The notes: generated from the letters alone by a model not told the origin. Shown: positions 15,576 to 39,277, counted from the stretch's first letter. The stretch is DNA of 64,000 bases from the human T2T-CHM13v2.0 reference genome, Homo sapiens (GCF_009914755.1 NC_060943.1); one strand, 5' to 3'. Numbers and translations: made by a program.

Positions 15576-18070
15576 ATAGAGCTTCACTGGCATTTTAAAC
15601 TTAAATACCTGCCTTTGGCCACTCTGCTCATCCACTCCCCAGCTTCCCCCATGTGTTCTGCAATTTGACTGAACCACACAGTCCAGGAAACTTTCTCCAT
15701 GTGAAGGAGAAAATAGCTTTCCACAGCCCTGGGGTCACACTCTCCCAAACTTATGTCAGGAAGACGCCCAAAGACTGGCTCATTCCTGGGTCAAGGAGAG
15801 TGGGGTCTGTTTCAGGAGAGGAGCTGAGCTAAGACCTGAGATCCTCGGAGGGGAAAGGTGGGCAGAGGCAGGCTGGAGGTTGAGCTCTGTACTCTCTCAA
15901 GAGAAGGTGGTGGTTATGCATCTGTTACTCTGGGTAAATTTTTAGAGCAGATATCTGATGAAACAGCTGTTTCCAAGGTCCAGCGTTAACCATTGGTTTG
16001 ATTGGCTTTGAATAAGTTATTTACAACACAGATATTTTGTTACAATCATAATTTGTATGACTGAGTTGGTCTCCAGGCATCCTGGGTAGGAGAGGGAGGT
16101 GTACAGTAGCTGAGCTGTTGTCCTCATTCCTTATTTATAGGAAAGAAGCTTAGGTTAAATGACTCATCCAAGGTCAAACACATCCTAAGTGGTGGAGACA
16201 ACACAGACAATGCCTTTTAAACTGACCTGTGTCTCTTCCCCCACTCCTTCCTACAGCAGGGTTCTGCCCTCCTTACTGCCACCCCACAGCAAGAGGGCTT
16301 CCTCCACCTCATTCTCCCCAGGGGTGATGGCCTTGTCAGAGAGCATCCTGTTCTTGATCTGGGGGCCCTCCTTCAGGCCTTCAGCCATTCCTCAGAACTT
16401 TGCCCCTTAGTAGGGGAGGGGACAGGGTAGCTCTCCCTTTGCCCTCGGTCATTTCCTTGAGGAGCCTTTTCCTTCCCATCCGTCTGTGTTCCTTTCCCAG
16501 CAGCACCCGGCCTTGCATATCTGTTCATTGCCTGTTGTCTTCCCCATTAGAATGTCGCCCTGGCGAGAGCAGGGACTTGCTCATTCTCTTTCCAGTAGTG
16601 TTCCCAGCTCTTTGTGCTTGGTGCATATCAGGCATTCCCATCTTATATATTTATTGAGAGAATGAATGACTAAGTTGTGTCCATCAGAGCTGTGAGAGTG
16701 TGAACCCAGAGCTAATGGAGCATGGCGTCTTCCCTTTTTCCTCCTCCTCCAGCTTCCCATAGCTGCCAAGGTGCTGAGGAAGGAGTGGGAGGAAGAGTTT
16801 GTGTCCCTGAGGAGCCGGCTCACTCCCCCTCCCTGTGTCTGCAGTGGGTGGGGAGATTGAGGAAACCCTCAGCCTACACCAGTTAAGGTGGAGTTCCTGT
16901 CACATGCAAGCCGATGCCAGTTTAGAGTCTGCTGAAGGCAGTGGGGCACACAGGTGAAGGGCATGGACACTTGAGTCAGGTGACTGGTCCACCACATGCA
17001 GATTGTGTCCCGTTGACAAAATTTTGTAGCCTTTCTATGCCTTGATCTTGTTGTCTATGAAGGGAGGATGACCTCATAGGGTGGTTCCTGGGATTGAATG
17101 CGCTAGCCCATGTGACTCTCCAGCATTGGTCAGGTACAGGCTGTGTGCTCCACTAAAGCTGTCTGTGTGCTCTACAGGACTAAATAGCTGCTGCTTATTC
17201 TACTCCTGGCACCTGTCTAACTGGCCTAGGTGCGCTGCCTTCGTGTCCCTCACCCTGCCCAGTCTAGCACAGAGCACTGGGGGAAGGGCTCTGAAGGAGG
17301 TGTGAGTGGAAGCCCAGGAGTTTGGGGGGCTTCAGCCTGTGATGTCGGTTGTTGTTCCCTCTGGAGGGCAAGTGCTTTGGTGTGAGATTTGTGTGCGGTT
17401 TTTTGTTTGCTTTAGTTTGGTCCTGGTGATTTCCACAGGGTGAGGAGGGATTCGGAGATAATAAGTGTCTTGCTGGGAACTGGCTTGCCCCTGCTTCTCC
17501 AAGAAGAAACAGCTCTGACTCTTGGGAACTGAGAGGGCGTGTGGCAAAGGTAGATGCTGAGGCGAGGCAAGGCGAGAGGTCCACATGCGTGCCACAAGGC
17601 AGAGAGTCCACGTGTGCACCTGAGGGGAGAGGAAGGTTGAGTCTTACTGTGTGCTGCTCAAGGGACAGGACAGTGCATGGGCACTGTGCTGGATTTTGGT
17701 TCCTTGTAAAAAGCAATGGCTATAGTTCCCTGACCTTCACCACTTGCGTGAGGCAGTGGGCTGAGGGCCGGCCGTGAGTAGGCTCTCTCAGGTCCACTCC
17801 TGCTCAGCTGGGTGAATTGCAAACTCAATAAAGTAAGTTGTTGTGAATAAGTAATCTGCATAAGCCAAAGAAATATAAAATATCTTCCACAAAAAATTAT
17901 TAGGGAGCAGGATAAAAGAGCTGCAAAAGGTTTTTGTTGGTATTATTGCCAAATCTGATGTGGGCAAAACAACTATGAGAAATTAGGAAAAAATGTCAAT
18001 AATCTGGAAGGTTTGTGGTCAAGTTGCTTTGTAAGTGGCCAGTTTTTGCCCTGTGTTAAAGAGGAAATAA

Positions 18071-18345
18071 GGCCGGGCATGGGAGCTCATGCCTGTAATC
18101 CCAGCCCTTTGGGAGGCCGAGGCAGGTGGATCACCTGAGGTCAGGAATTCAAGACCAGCCTGGCCAACATGGTGAAACCCCGTCTCCACTAAAAATACAA
18201 AAATTAGCCGGGTGTGATAGTGCACCGAGGTCAGAGAATCGCTTAAACCCAGGATGTGGAGGTTGCAGTGAGCCGAGATCACGCCACTGCACTCCAGCCT
18301 GGGTGACAGAGCGAGACTCCATTTCAAAAAAAAAAGATAAATAAG
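18071..18345 (+). mobile_element. AluSx-like with internal deletion
   Basis: Consensus match; part of the right-arm start is missing. Confidence 0.85.
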
Positions 18346-19217
18346 AAATGATAGAGAACACATTGTAACTGTGGTTTATGCAAGAAAGTAACAGGGAGGA
18401 GCAGCAAAGGAGCTGTCAGAACAGCCTTAGCCCATACCAGAAGGCTGCCAGAGAAATGCACAATCATATCTGAAAATGTTTGTGGCACATAGTATATATT
18501 TAGTATACATCTTATTATAATTACATATTCATGTGTATAGTATTTTTTAAGTTAATTTCCTACTTGGACTATTAGCAACCAATCACTGATATATATCAGG
18601 TTAATGGGTTTCTACTGTACTCATGAGTGGAGCTGTCCATTATATTTTCTTGACTCCTGGAAGACTGGTCTGTCAGCTTTGTTTCCTAAGACTGGAATGA
18701 TGACATACAACTATGTTAATAACTATGTTAACACTCCTACTAAAATAACCGGTATATTTGGATTCCATTTTCAACGGAATGTCTTATGGTCAAACTGGCC
18801 TTCTTTCAGATTTTTAGTTGCATGGTTTTTCCTTTACCTTCTGAATACTGTATGGACGTAATTACTGTTGTGGATGGCTGTGGTTCAGCAGGAGCTCAAA
18901 GACACCAGAAGTGGTGTGAGTCCAGATATAGGGGGTGGAGACAGGATTGGGGGTTACTTGGTGGGAAATGGGAAGAATTATTTCAACCTTGGGCCTTGTT
19001 ATTTGATGGAAATGTTTTGACTTCCAGGCATCAGTCACCGAGGTCCAAACACAAAAACAAAGGCAGATCCTTCTGAAGCATGGTGGCCTTTTAACTTTGT
19101 ATGATTTTGGATTTCCAGTTAACTATTGCTTCTATTCAAGTTGGTCATTGAAAATTTACTGCGCGAATCCAACAGCAACCCACAACCTAAACATCCCTGG
19201 CTGTCTTGTTTTCACAG

Positions 19218-19427
19218 GTGTTGGGGCGATGTTTCCTGACTGTGGTGCAAGTCCATTTCCAGTTTTTGACTCATGCGTTACAGAAGGTCCAGCCGGTGGC
19301 TCACTCTTGCTTTGCTGAGGTCATCGTGCCAGAAAAAAAGAACAGCGGCAGTGGCGGCGGCTTATCTGGCATGGGCCACACACCTGAAGTAGAGGAAGCT
19401 GTGCGGTCCTGGCGGGGGGCTGCTGAG
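19218..19427 (+). CDS. GARRE1: GARRE1 coding exon (210 nt): VLGRCFLT...WRGAAE
   Basis: Acceptor ttgttttcacag|GTG, donor GAG|GTAACC, phase 0-0. Confidence 0.96.
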
Positions 19428-19892
19428 GTAACCCTGGCTTTGGGGAGATTGGTGCCTGTGTTCAAATAGGAGAGGCTCCAGAGGGCCTTTGCCTGTTGAT
19501 TCTCAAAACAGCCATTTCATTTAGAAATGTACATTTTAAACTGTTATCATTGGCTTGTTCATTCATTTAACAGTGAACATCTTTGTGAATGCCCACTTTG
19601 TGCCAGGCATGTGCCAGGCACTAGGATGACAACCTCTACTCACAGCCTCCTGGGAGAATAGGCTTACAAAAACAGGGCTAAGGGGCCAGGATGGAGATAT
19701 GCGGGAGCCAGAGGAAGGGAGGGCCCTGTCTCTGAACGGTAGTGCTGCAGGAAAGCTTCTAAGATGGGGGACCAGTGAGAAGAGGCTGGCACCCAAGTCA
19801 GGAAAGACGGGGTGGAGCTGTCTGGGGAGGGTAAGTGGCCAGCCAGGCAGCGAGGCAGGCGAGCAGGAGTGTTTGGCAGACGGATGGGATGA

Positions 19893-22629
<2,737 letters not shown>

Positions 22630-24239
22630 TAGTATTTCATTTTATGTTTTGGAAATTTTCTTTAATAAAATTTTCAAAACATGATTTTTCACATGTTAAT
22701 ATTGTCCAGTCTCTAGTTTTATTATTTCAATTTCATGCCATTTGCTGCATTGTTGTCATTTCTTTTTAATTTTCACTGTTTTCTTGCATGTTTTGGTCTG
22801 TCTTTCATGCTAAAGACTTCCTAGGGCTTTCTTTCTGTTCATCAGAAAGGCCCTGGAATGCTAATTGGAGGCTGTGTGTGGGGGTGGGACCTGTTAGCTT
22901 TATTGTAGATGGCTAAGCCCTGAGGTCCAGACCTGCACCTTGTTGCCTTGTCATGTGACTTTACAACCCTCGGTGTCCTCCTGGCTGCTGGGCCCCAGCC
23001 TCCTGACTGTTCAGCTCACACACGTGAACCTAACACCTGCCTTGGTCCCCTGCTCCATCTTCTAGACAACTCATGCTGAGGACCAGCCCACAGGAGGAGG
23101 CCTCCGAGTTCTCTCTTGACGTCTTCACCTTGACCTTTTTTGCCACCATTTTAGTCTGTCCAGGCCTTTCTGCCCTTTCTACATTCCCTTTGCTTTCAGC
23201 CAGTGATGCCACCCCCTACTACACTGAGCAAATAGAATCTCCCTGATGGCAGCCCTTCTTCCTCATGTGGCCAAGCCACCACCACTCCTGCCATCCCTCT
23301 TCACAACCATCTTTTCTTCCTTCCCCTGCCTCATGACAGCAGAGGAGGTGCCCTCTCCTCCTGTCCAGGCTTGCCCCGTGCTGGCCTTGCCCCCATCCTC
23401 GAGGGCCCAGCTTCTGTGGTGCGACCTAGTGTTTTCTCTCCCTCATCCTCAGCCTGTTCCCACCAGTACACAAAGATGCTTCCCACAGAAAAGTCCACTC
23501 TGCCCTGCCCTGTTTCTCTGCTCTTTTCTCAGCCAACTTCTTGGAGTAGTTGTCTACCTTTTTTTCACCTTTCATTCATTCTAAAAAATTACTATTTTAT
23601 TTTTACTGCACCTTGTGGCTCCTTACTGCTCCTGGCACACCCCGTGGACAGTTTACTCAGAGTAGTCTAAAAAGTAATTATTATTGAAGTATTTCAGGCA
23701 CATAGAACATTTCACACCCATCAGTGTATCTTCCTTTTAGCTGCCTGCCATATTTGCTCATGCCTGTTACATATTTTTAACAGAAAAATATCACCAGTGC
23801 ACTTTTTTTTTTTTTTTTTGAGACTGGGTCTTGCTCTGTTGCCCAGGCTGGAGTGCGGTAGTGATCACAGCTTACTGCAATCTTGACCTCCTCGGCTCAA
23901 GCAATCCTCCTGAGTAGCTCAGACTATAGGCATGCACCACCATGCTTGGCTAATTATTTATTTTATTTTACTTTTTATTTATTTTTTTAAAGACAGGGTC
24001 TTGCTATGTTCCCAGGCCGGTCCCAAGCTCCTAGGCTCCTGCACCCGGTCTGTAAATGCACTTGAATCCCTTTTGTACCTCTCCACTTTCTTATTCATCC
24101 CTTTGTCTCTAGAGATAACCTCTGTTGAATTTGAAGCGTGTGATCCTTGTGCATATTTTAATATTTTTTCCGTATATGAATGTATCTATACATAAGGTAT
24201 TATTTTACACAGTCTGAAACTTTATATACATAATGTCAT

Positions 24240-25430
24240 TCAGCTTGCTGAAATCTGGCTTCCACTCCTATACAAGAACATGCCTTCTCTTATCAAGGTC
24301 ATTGGTGCCTTCTTCCATGTTTTCAAATCCAGGGAACCCTTTCAACAACTTTCAGCAGCTCACAGCAGTGTGGAGAATGGAAATACTCTCAGCTTGTGAC
24401 ATCCAAGAACCAAGCTTTCTTTCCTCTTGGGTCATCCTTTCTTCATCTAGTTTACTGGCTTCTCCTTCCTCAACACAATTTCTGAATGTGAGTTTCTCCA
24501 GGCTCAGTTCTAGCTGCCCTTCTCCCTAGGGGTTCTCCATCCAGTCTTGGGACTGAAAAACCACCTGTGTCCTTGGAGGGGGCTCAAATGTGTGTGATCA
24601 GTGAGCAGCCCACTTCCTGTGGGCTTCAGGCCCCTGAGCTCAGCTGCTACCGGGGGTCTCACAGGTGGCTCAGGCGTAGCCTCTCTCCACTCACCTGTTC
24701 CTCCCTAGACCCTCTCTATGCTAGTGAGTGGTGCCATCCCACACTGGCTTCACTTGAGAAACCTGAGATTTATCCTTCAGCATTTCCGTCATGTCTACAC
24801 CCAGTCCAATCCTTAAGAAAACCCGGCAGTTCCCACCTCCAAAATCTTATCCCAGATCTGTCCCCTTCTTCCACGTCCTTCATCGCTACCCTTGTTCAGG
24901 GAATCGTTACTTCTCCCCTCCCTGTCTTGCTCGCCTTCATTTTAAAATTGGATGATGTCGCTTCTCATTTCCTTAGGGTAGCATGTGGACCCCTCAGCAC
25001 GACCTGCCTAGACCTGCCTAGTCTGGCTCCTGCCTTGATGGCCAGCCTTATCAGTGGCCACCCTGCCCTCGCTCACTGGGCTCTAGTTCCTTGGATGTGT
25101 CTTTCTTTGTTACCTTGGATCCTCGGCCTGTTTCACGGACCCGTCTGTAGGTCTTGACACCCCCCACCCCACCCCACACACATGCAATTCCATTCACGAC
25201 CTTCTCCTCTAATTCTCACCCTAAGTGCTGCTTTCTGGGTGTCTAGGACATTCCCTGGTATAGTCCTCTGTTTGTTTCCCGCAGTGTTTTTTCTCCATTT
25301 ATAATTCTGTGTTTTCTTTGTTCACCTTTTTGGCCCTGAGGCTCTCAGCTCCAGGAAGGTAAGGAGCAGCTTTGTGCTTCAGCACGTACCTAACATACCA
25401 CCTTGTGAGCTAAATATTTGACTGAAAGAT
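24240..25430 (+). mobile_element. L2 LINE remnant (ORF2/3' region)
   Basis: aaatctggcttccactcc...atcaaggtca resembles the L2 RT 'SGF..H' segment; ends in aaatatttg.ctgaa L2 tail. Confidence 0.6.
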
Positions 25431-26018
25431 TCTTAGAAAGAGTCAAACAGTTTTAAACTGTGAGACTCTTAGGCTTCAGGCAATGGTGTTTACATACAGT
25501 TTGTGAAACCAAAGCTTTGGAACTTTACGGCATTATAGCTGCTAGTCATTTTCCTGTAGTCTGCAAGTTTTGTAAATATTACAACTCCTACACTGGCCCA
25601 GCAGAACAAAAGCTAACTGCTAAAAAATGTTACTTGGTTCACAGAATTGCAACAAAAATAGAAATCTAAAAACAGTTCATCTGGAATCCCATCTAATAAA
25701 TCAAATATATATTTTTCTGTATTCTCTTCTTGTCCTGATCCATGTATCTGTTTTCTGCATTTAATCGTAAAATGACAGAGATTAGTTTCTCCTTTTCTAT
25801 CTTGCTTATCTACTCTTCATAAACATATGTAGTGACTGAATAATAAATATTTACTTTTCTGTGCAGATTTCAAAAGCTCTGTTTTTCTGTTAATATGCCA
25901 ATGTATATTTTTCCTGTTATGTATTCATGTGGTCTTTTCCTTCACTGAATAGGAATGCCAACCATGTATGTTCTTCCTTTTTTTTTTTATTCTGGAAACT
26001 CCAAGTACCAATATTCTA

Positions 26019-26516
<498 letters not shown>

Positions 26517-26703
26517 TTAGGCTTTCAAAATTTGGGCTGCTCACTTTGCAATACAAACAATCTAGAACTTCTAGTTTATTTGCTTAGATGGTTTATTGCT
26601 GCATTTTACTTGAGGGGGTTTTTCTTGTTGTTGTTATTGTTGGTCTAATGTTGCTAGAACTGTACCACCCTCTTTTACCTACCAGTTACTATATATGTTA
26701 CAG

Positions 26704-26844
26704 GCGACATCTAGACTAAGAGAAAGAGGCTGTGATGGTTGCCTGGCAGGAATTGAAGTTCAACAACTCTTTTGTTCTCAAAGTGCAGCAATTCCTGAGC
26801 ACCAGCTAAAAGAACTGAACATAAAAATCGACAGTGCTTTGCAA
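26704..26844 (+). CDS. GARRE1: GARRE1 coding exon (141 nt): ATSRLRERG...IDSALQ
   Basis: Acceptor ttacag|GCG, donor CAA|GTAAGT, phase 0-0. Absent from the ORF track; translated by hand. Confidence 0.94.
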
Positions 26845-27053
26845 GTAAGTTTTTCAGAACTGACATACTGATTTCCACGGGATAGAAACAAGGGAGGGAG
26901 TTAAAGTTGTGATGTTGAATCAATTAGAAAGGGTTATAGAGTAGTAATTGACCTTTTAATAGCTATAGAAATTTAAGATTTCTATTTCCATTGAACTTTG
27001 TCATCTTATAATTTGCTTTACGATCTTGATTGTTAAAAATAATTTATTTCCAG

Positions 27054-27149
27054 GCATATAAGATAGCTCTGGAAAGCTTAGGACACTGTGAATATGCAAT
27101 GAAAGCCGGCTTCCACCTGAATCCAAAGGCGATTGAAGCAAGTTTGCAG
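27054..27149 (+). CDS. GARRE1: GARRE1 coding exon (96 nt): AYKIALES...IEASLQ
   Basis: Acceptor ttatttccag|GCA, donor CAG|GTACAC, phase 0-0. Confidence 0.95.
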
Positions 27150-27272
27150 GTACACTTTTCCTTCCTAAAGCTCTGGGGACCTATGGCGCTGCTCCTGCAG
27201 TCTAGTGTGAACCAAGTGTTTTGACAGATGAGCGATGGGTCACCTCTCCTCTTCCATCCATGCCTTTTCCAG

Positions 27273-27434
27273 GGCTGCTGCAGCGAGGCGGAAGCCCAGC
27301 AGACGGGGCGGAGGCAGACACCCCCGCAGCCCATGCAGTGTGAGCTCCCCACCGTCCCTGTGCAGATAGGATCGCACTTCCTGAAGGGCGTCTCCTTTAA
27401 TGAGTCGGCCGCCGACAATCTGAAACTTAAGACG
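27273..27434 (+). CDS. GARRE1: GARRE1 coding exon (162 nt): GCCSEAEA...NLKLKT
   Basis: Acceptor ccttttccag|GGC, donor ACG|GTAGCT, phase 0-0. Confidence 0.95.
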
Positions 27435-27536
27435 GTAGCTTTCCATGGGGTTCCAGCAAATGAGTGTGAACTTGAAAATAGAGTTCTTAAGAGAAATGTA
27501 AAGGCTTGCGAAGGATGTAGATTAAAAAAAAAATGG

Positions 27537-28188
<652 letters not shown>

Positions 28189-28809
28189 TAGGCAGTTTTA
28201 TTCATAATTTTATTCAGATGTTTAACAGAAAGGGTTTGAAAGTACACTATAAGATATTGTTTATGATTAATGTCTCTCAGTGGACTTGTATGAATTAAAT
28301 AAGAAGAGAGATGTTGTTATAATGCTGCAGTGATAACGATTATTTGTGGAACATCATGTGTTCCAGTCATTGTGCCAGGTGCTCCACATCATTGTCTCAC
28401 TTAATGCTCACCCATGAGGTAGGGGTGCTGCCCTTTGGCCCACCTGCCACATGGGAACTGATACCCAAGGTCACACAGCTAGAAAGTAGAAGAGCTGGAA
28501 TTTGAGCTTATGTAATCTGTTTCCAGAGCCTGAATACCTGACTACTTGGTCATCCAAAATAAAATTGAGATTTTAATTAGTATTTACTTGTATCAGATGA
28601 TTTTGTTTCCCTATTTGGAGGGATTCAGAATTTCAGAATTCCTCAACCAGTTCACATCAGTAGATTGCTAAATAATTTTGTGCTAGTATAGAAATACCTG
28701 TGTATATTATCGCATATGTATCCATATCTAGTCATTTACTCTATGGGGCTGAGAAAATCTCTGAGAGTGATTGATGATAATTACTAAGGAAATTAAAATG
28801 GCATAATTA

Positions 28810-29365
<556 letters not shown>

Positions 29366-29469
29366 AATGCTCTTCTCTTGAGGATGATTGTATAAATGCA
29401 TTTTTACAAATTTTAGAACCTTGCATGGCTTTGTCTTGAGGTGTGAACTCTCTTCTTATCAATCTATAG

Positions 29470-29628
29470 CATACAATGTTACAGCTGATGAAGGAGGCAG
29501 GCTGCTATAATGGAATCACATCCAGGGATGATTTTCCTGTGACTGAAGTGCTGAACCAGGTTTGCCCTTCCACATGGCGAGGTGCCTGCAAGACGGCGGT
29601 GCAGCTGCTGTTTGGCCAGGCTGGACTG
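29470..29628 (+). CDS. GARRE1: GARRE1 coding exon (159 nt): HTMLQLMK...FGQAGL
   Basis: Acceptor tctatag|CAT, donor CTG|GTGAGT, phase 0-0. Confidence 0.94.
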
Positions 29629-29904
29629 GTGAGTGAGCGTGGGTGGTGGATGATAGGTAGAATACCAAGATGTTTCAAGCATGTGAGGATGTGGTGCAGA
29701 CACATGTGTGAAAATATTGAATAATTTAAAAAGTTATTTGGTGCTGTGGAATTTAGACCAGGCAGGTAGACAAGGTAAAGGAAGAGCAGCATTTAAAAAT
29801 CTCTTTAAAAAGAAAAACCAGATTGATAATATATATTTGCAGGGAACCTAGTTGCAAAATGATGCTATGGGCTTTGCTTATTTTAAGAAAAAAACCATTA
29901 CAGT

Positions 29905-30490
<586 letters not shown>

Positions 30491-30990
30491 GAAAAAAACA
30501 TTACATTAGTAACAAGTTGACAGGGCCACTTGATCTAGCCCCTATTCTGGAGCTACATTGGATGTCTGTTGCTCAAACATCCCATGCTTCTTCCTGTCCC
30601 AGGCCTGTGCTCTTGATACCCCTTTTATCTGAAAATACTCTTCTCTCTGATTATCATGTAGGTCACTCCTTATCTTCTTGGTGTTAGCTCCAAAATCACC
30701 TCCTGCAAGAGGCCTCCCTTGACCACAGTGGTATAAGTAGTACCCCCATCCAGTCACTGTATACCGCTGCTGTTTATCTCTTTCTTAGCAATAAAGTAAC
30801 ATCAACTAAAAAGTAATGATTTGTTCATTTCATCTTTCAGAGAAAAAAAAAACTTTGCCCAGAGTTGGGTGGGTCAGGAGATCAACATCTGAAATCACCA
30901 TTTAGCTTTTTGTTTGCATCACTGACCCATAGAATCTTACGTATTTGATCTCCCTTTCTAGTAAACGACTACTTTTCAAAAACATATGGT

Positions 30991-36050
<5,060 letters not shown>

Positions 36051-36449
36051 TGAATTCTTAAATTTTTCCAATTCAGGCTGTCATTGGAAAATGTTAAAAC
36101 TTAATCAGAATTCTCATTTTGAAGAAAACAGTTTGAACTTTTGGATAGTTGGGTGAATATAAACAGTCAGTGCAAAAATGGCTAACACTTGAGTTTGTTT
36201 TGAAAACTCTCCCTGTGGGGTTGATTTCATTTGTAACTCATTGCACCCCCGCAAAAAACACCTTGTAGACTGTGATTTCTTGTAGAGGTGCCCTCTGCTG
36301 GGTGCTTTTGGTAATTTTGCAAAATTTTAGTTCTGTTTTTTTTTTTTTTTTTCAAATTACAAAATACTGTATGTGCTTGTTGGGAAGAACACAAACAGAA
36401 ATGATTGCTTTACTCCACCTGGAGAAAAAGGATATTGCTATCCATCCAT

Positions 36450-38420
36450 GCTTTGTTTCACCAAATATTTACTGAACACTTACTGTGTACCAGACACTGT
36501 TCTGGGCTCTGGGAATTTAATTATGAGCAAGACACACAGGGTCCCTGCCCCTCATAAACCAACTTGAGAATAGAGAAGGGGGAGACAGCTGTTAAGTATA
36601 AGAGATGAGTTCAGACACAGGCAGGCGTATGATGGAAATGAGAGGAGAGTGCCATTATATGATAGAGAATAAGTAGGATAGAGATTCGGGGGAGACTTTT
36701 AGACGAGTCAGTCTGGAAGAGGGTCTGAGGATGTGACATTGGATTTGAGAGGAGCCTGTCATGCAGAGAGCCGATGGGGAACACACTTCAGGCAGAAAGA
36801 ATGCCAGTGCAGAGGCCTCAGGAGTGACCCAGCATGGAAGGAGATGTGCTAGGTGGTGATGAGGATGGGAAGTTGTAGACGTCAAGACTTGCAGGGCCCT
36901 TGAAGGAATTGGGTTTTTATCTAAGAACAGGTAGAGGGTTTTAGGCAAGTCTTGGTGATTTGTCAACAGAATGGGTTTAGCCACTTAAGGGCATTTTATT
37001 GATCAGCTCAAGGCTGATGAATAAAATAAAAATGCCAGTTTGTTGATTGTTGATTTTTCAGAAAGATTAATTATCATCACCAGGAGCTGTAGTACTCTTT
37101 TCTACATGGCCAACAAATGCTCTCCTAGTGGGCAAACATGTGACAAGCCAAGTCACAACCAGACTTGGCTTGGGAACAAGAGCAAATGTGTCCTGATTAT
37201 CAGTGATTCCAGATGGAGAGAATTGGGTGCACTGAACCTTGGGCAGGCTCAGCTGCCAAGATTCTCTCTGAGGAGTCCAAGGTCTAGCTGGGCACTAGCA
37301 GAGCTTGCGTTGTTGTTCACCCTTTCCAGGCTTCTGAGCCTGGCCGGCTCTCATTTCATTCTCTGATATATTTCTTCCCAAGTCAAAGTCATGTTAGGGA
37401 GTACTGCTACCTCCTTGAGTGACTTTGTAAGTGTTGAGTTCACCATTTAGCTTCCAGAGTGCCCAGGATCTGGCAGACATCATCTTCCTAGTAGACCTAT
37501 GCTGCTCAGACTGTTTTCCCTCTCAGAAAAGGGCTCTTGGCCAGACCAAGTGGCTCACACCCGTAATCCTAGCACTTTGGGAGGCTGAGGCAGGAGGATC
37601 ACCTGAGCTCAGGAGTTTAGGACCAGCCTGGGCAACATAGTGAGACCCCATCTCTACAAAAAAATTAAAACATTAGCCAGGTGCGGTGGCACACGCCTGT
37701 AGTTCCAGCTACTTAGGAGGCTGACATGGGAAGATCGCTTGAGCCCAGGAGGTCGAGGATAACAGTGAGCTTTGATCACACCACTGCACTCCAGCCTTGA
37801 GGATAGAGTAGGACTCTGTCTCGAAAAAAGGTTGGGGGGCTCTTGGTGTAGGTACCCTGAATGGACGGTGGAGACCCAAATGATGAGAAGCAGTTGGCCA
37901 TACCAAAATCTCAGGAAAGAGAAATTCGGGCAAAGGCAGCAGCAAGAGCAAAGGTCCTGAGGTGTGGACAAACCCATCCAGGGAGGAAGAGAAGGCCTCA
38001 CAGCTGGGACAAGGTTGAGGGGCTGGGCACAGAGGGCTTTGAGGGCTGTGGTGAGGGTTTAGATTTTATTTCAATCACGATGATATCCCATTGAAGAGTT
38101 TTAAGCAGGGGAGTGATGTGCTCTGATTGGCACTACAGGAAGCTCACTCTGGCCCCTATATGAAGGATGGGCTTTGGAGGTACAGGAGTAGAGAAAAAGA
38201 GGCCAGGTGAGAGCTTGGTCCTGAGACCCAGGAGTGGTGGTTTCCTGAAGCAGGGGGTTCATAAACAAGGTGGCGAGAAGTGCTTAGATTCTGGATGTGT
38301 TTTATAAGAAGAGCTGTCAGGATTCACTGATGGATTGCATGCAAGATGTGAGGGAACTAGAGAGGGTGTGTAAGTTTTGGGGTAGACAGTTGTGTTGTTC
38401 ACTTATTGGAGAAGTCGGCA
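36450..38420 (-). mobile_element. L2 fragments (~36450-36960 and ~37850-38420) with a sense AluJ (37539-37828)
   Basis: caaatatttactgaacacttactgtgtaccagacactgttct L2 3' signature. Confidence 0.65.
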
Positions 38421-38424
38421 GGAA

Positions 38425-38950
38425 TCAGAGTGTCTGAGCTAGCACAGACCGCACAGGTTAAGGGCTCAGCCCCACAAGGCTACTCCCCACTTCAGATGCC
38501 ATCCACAAGTCCCAGGTTGTCACCCGACTTCTAACCAATCGGCTATAAGTTGGGGGTTCCCAAAACCTCCAGGTTTGATATTTTGCTATAATGGCTCACA
38601 GAACTCAGTAAAACATTTAATTATATTTAAGGTTTATTATAAAGGATATTATAGCAGATACAGATTAACAGCCAGGTGAAGAGGTGCATAGCGTGAAGTG
38701 TTTGGGATGGGGCTCCAAGCCTCCATGCCCTTGCCAGCTATGCCCTGTGCCCAGCACCTTAGTGTGTTCACCAGCGTGGAAGCTCTCAGAACCCGATGGT
38801 CTGATGATTTTTATGGAGGCTTCATCATATAAGCAAGTCATCTTATTAGAACAAAAGACACTATCACCCAGGAAATCTCAAGGGTTTTAGGAGCTCTGTA
38901 TCAGGAACTGGAGGCAGAGACCAAATATATATTCTGATATCATGAGACCT
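38425..38950. mobile_element. LTR, MER21-like
   Basis: cacaggttaagggctcagccccacaag...ccccacttcagatgcc...gctcacagaactcag resembles the MER21 consensus as recalled. Confidence 0.55.
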
Positions 38951-39151
38951 CAGACCTTTTTGCTTCCTACTCCTCTTGTGGGGCAGTGAGTTCCAGGATC
39001 AGCCCTGTTGTTCTCTCCATGTTCTTACAGTTACTGAATTTTTGCTGGGCGCCAGAGGTACATAAAAGTTGTAGCCTTTTCTATGAGACCTGCTTGAGAC
39101 ACCTTTGCAGAGAAATGCAGCCAAGACTAATGCAGCCTAATCTATGCCTAG

Positions 39152-39277
39152 GTGCCTGAAAGAAGACCCTGCTACCATGTCCCTGCTGCAGAGAAGCCTT
39201 GATCCTGAGAAGACCCTGGGTCTAGTGGACGTGCTCTACACAGCTGTGCTGGACCTAAACCGCTGGAGGGCTGGAAG
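39152..39277 (+). CDS. GARRE1: GARRE1 coding exon (126 nt): (W)CLKEDPAT...RWRAG(R)
   Basis: Acceptor atgcctag|G completes TG+G=Trp; donor AAG|GTTGGT; phase 2-2. Confidence 0.93.

Noticed and set aside
24567-25157. 196-aa ORF
   Set aside because: It lies in a decayed L2 remnant, has no ATG start and shows no recognisable intact domain.
27150-27272. 123-nt (3n) intron as an in-frame retained intron
   Set aside because: It contains an in-frame TGA (27222-27224), so retention would truncate the protein.
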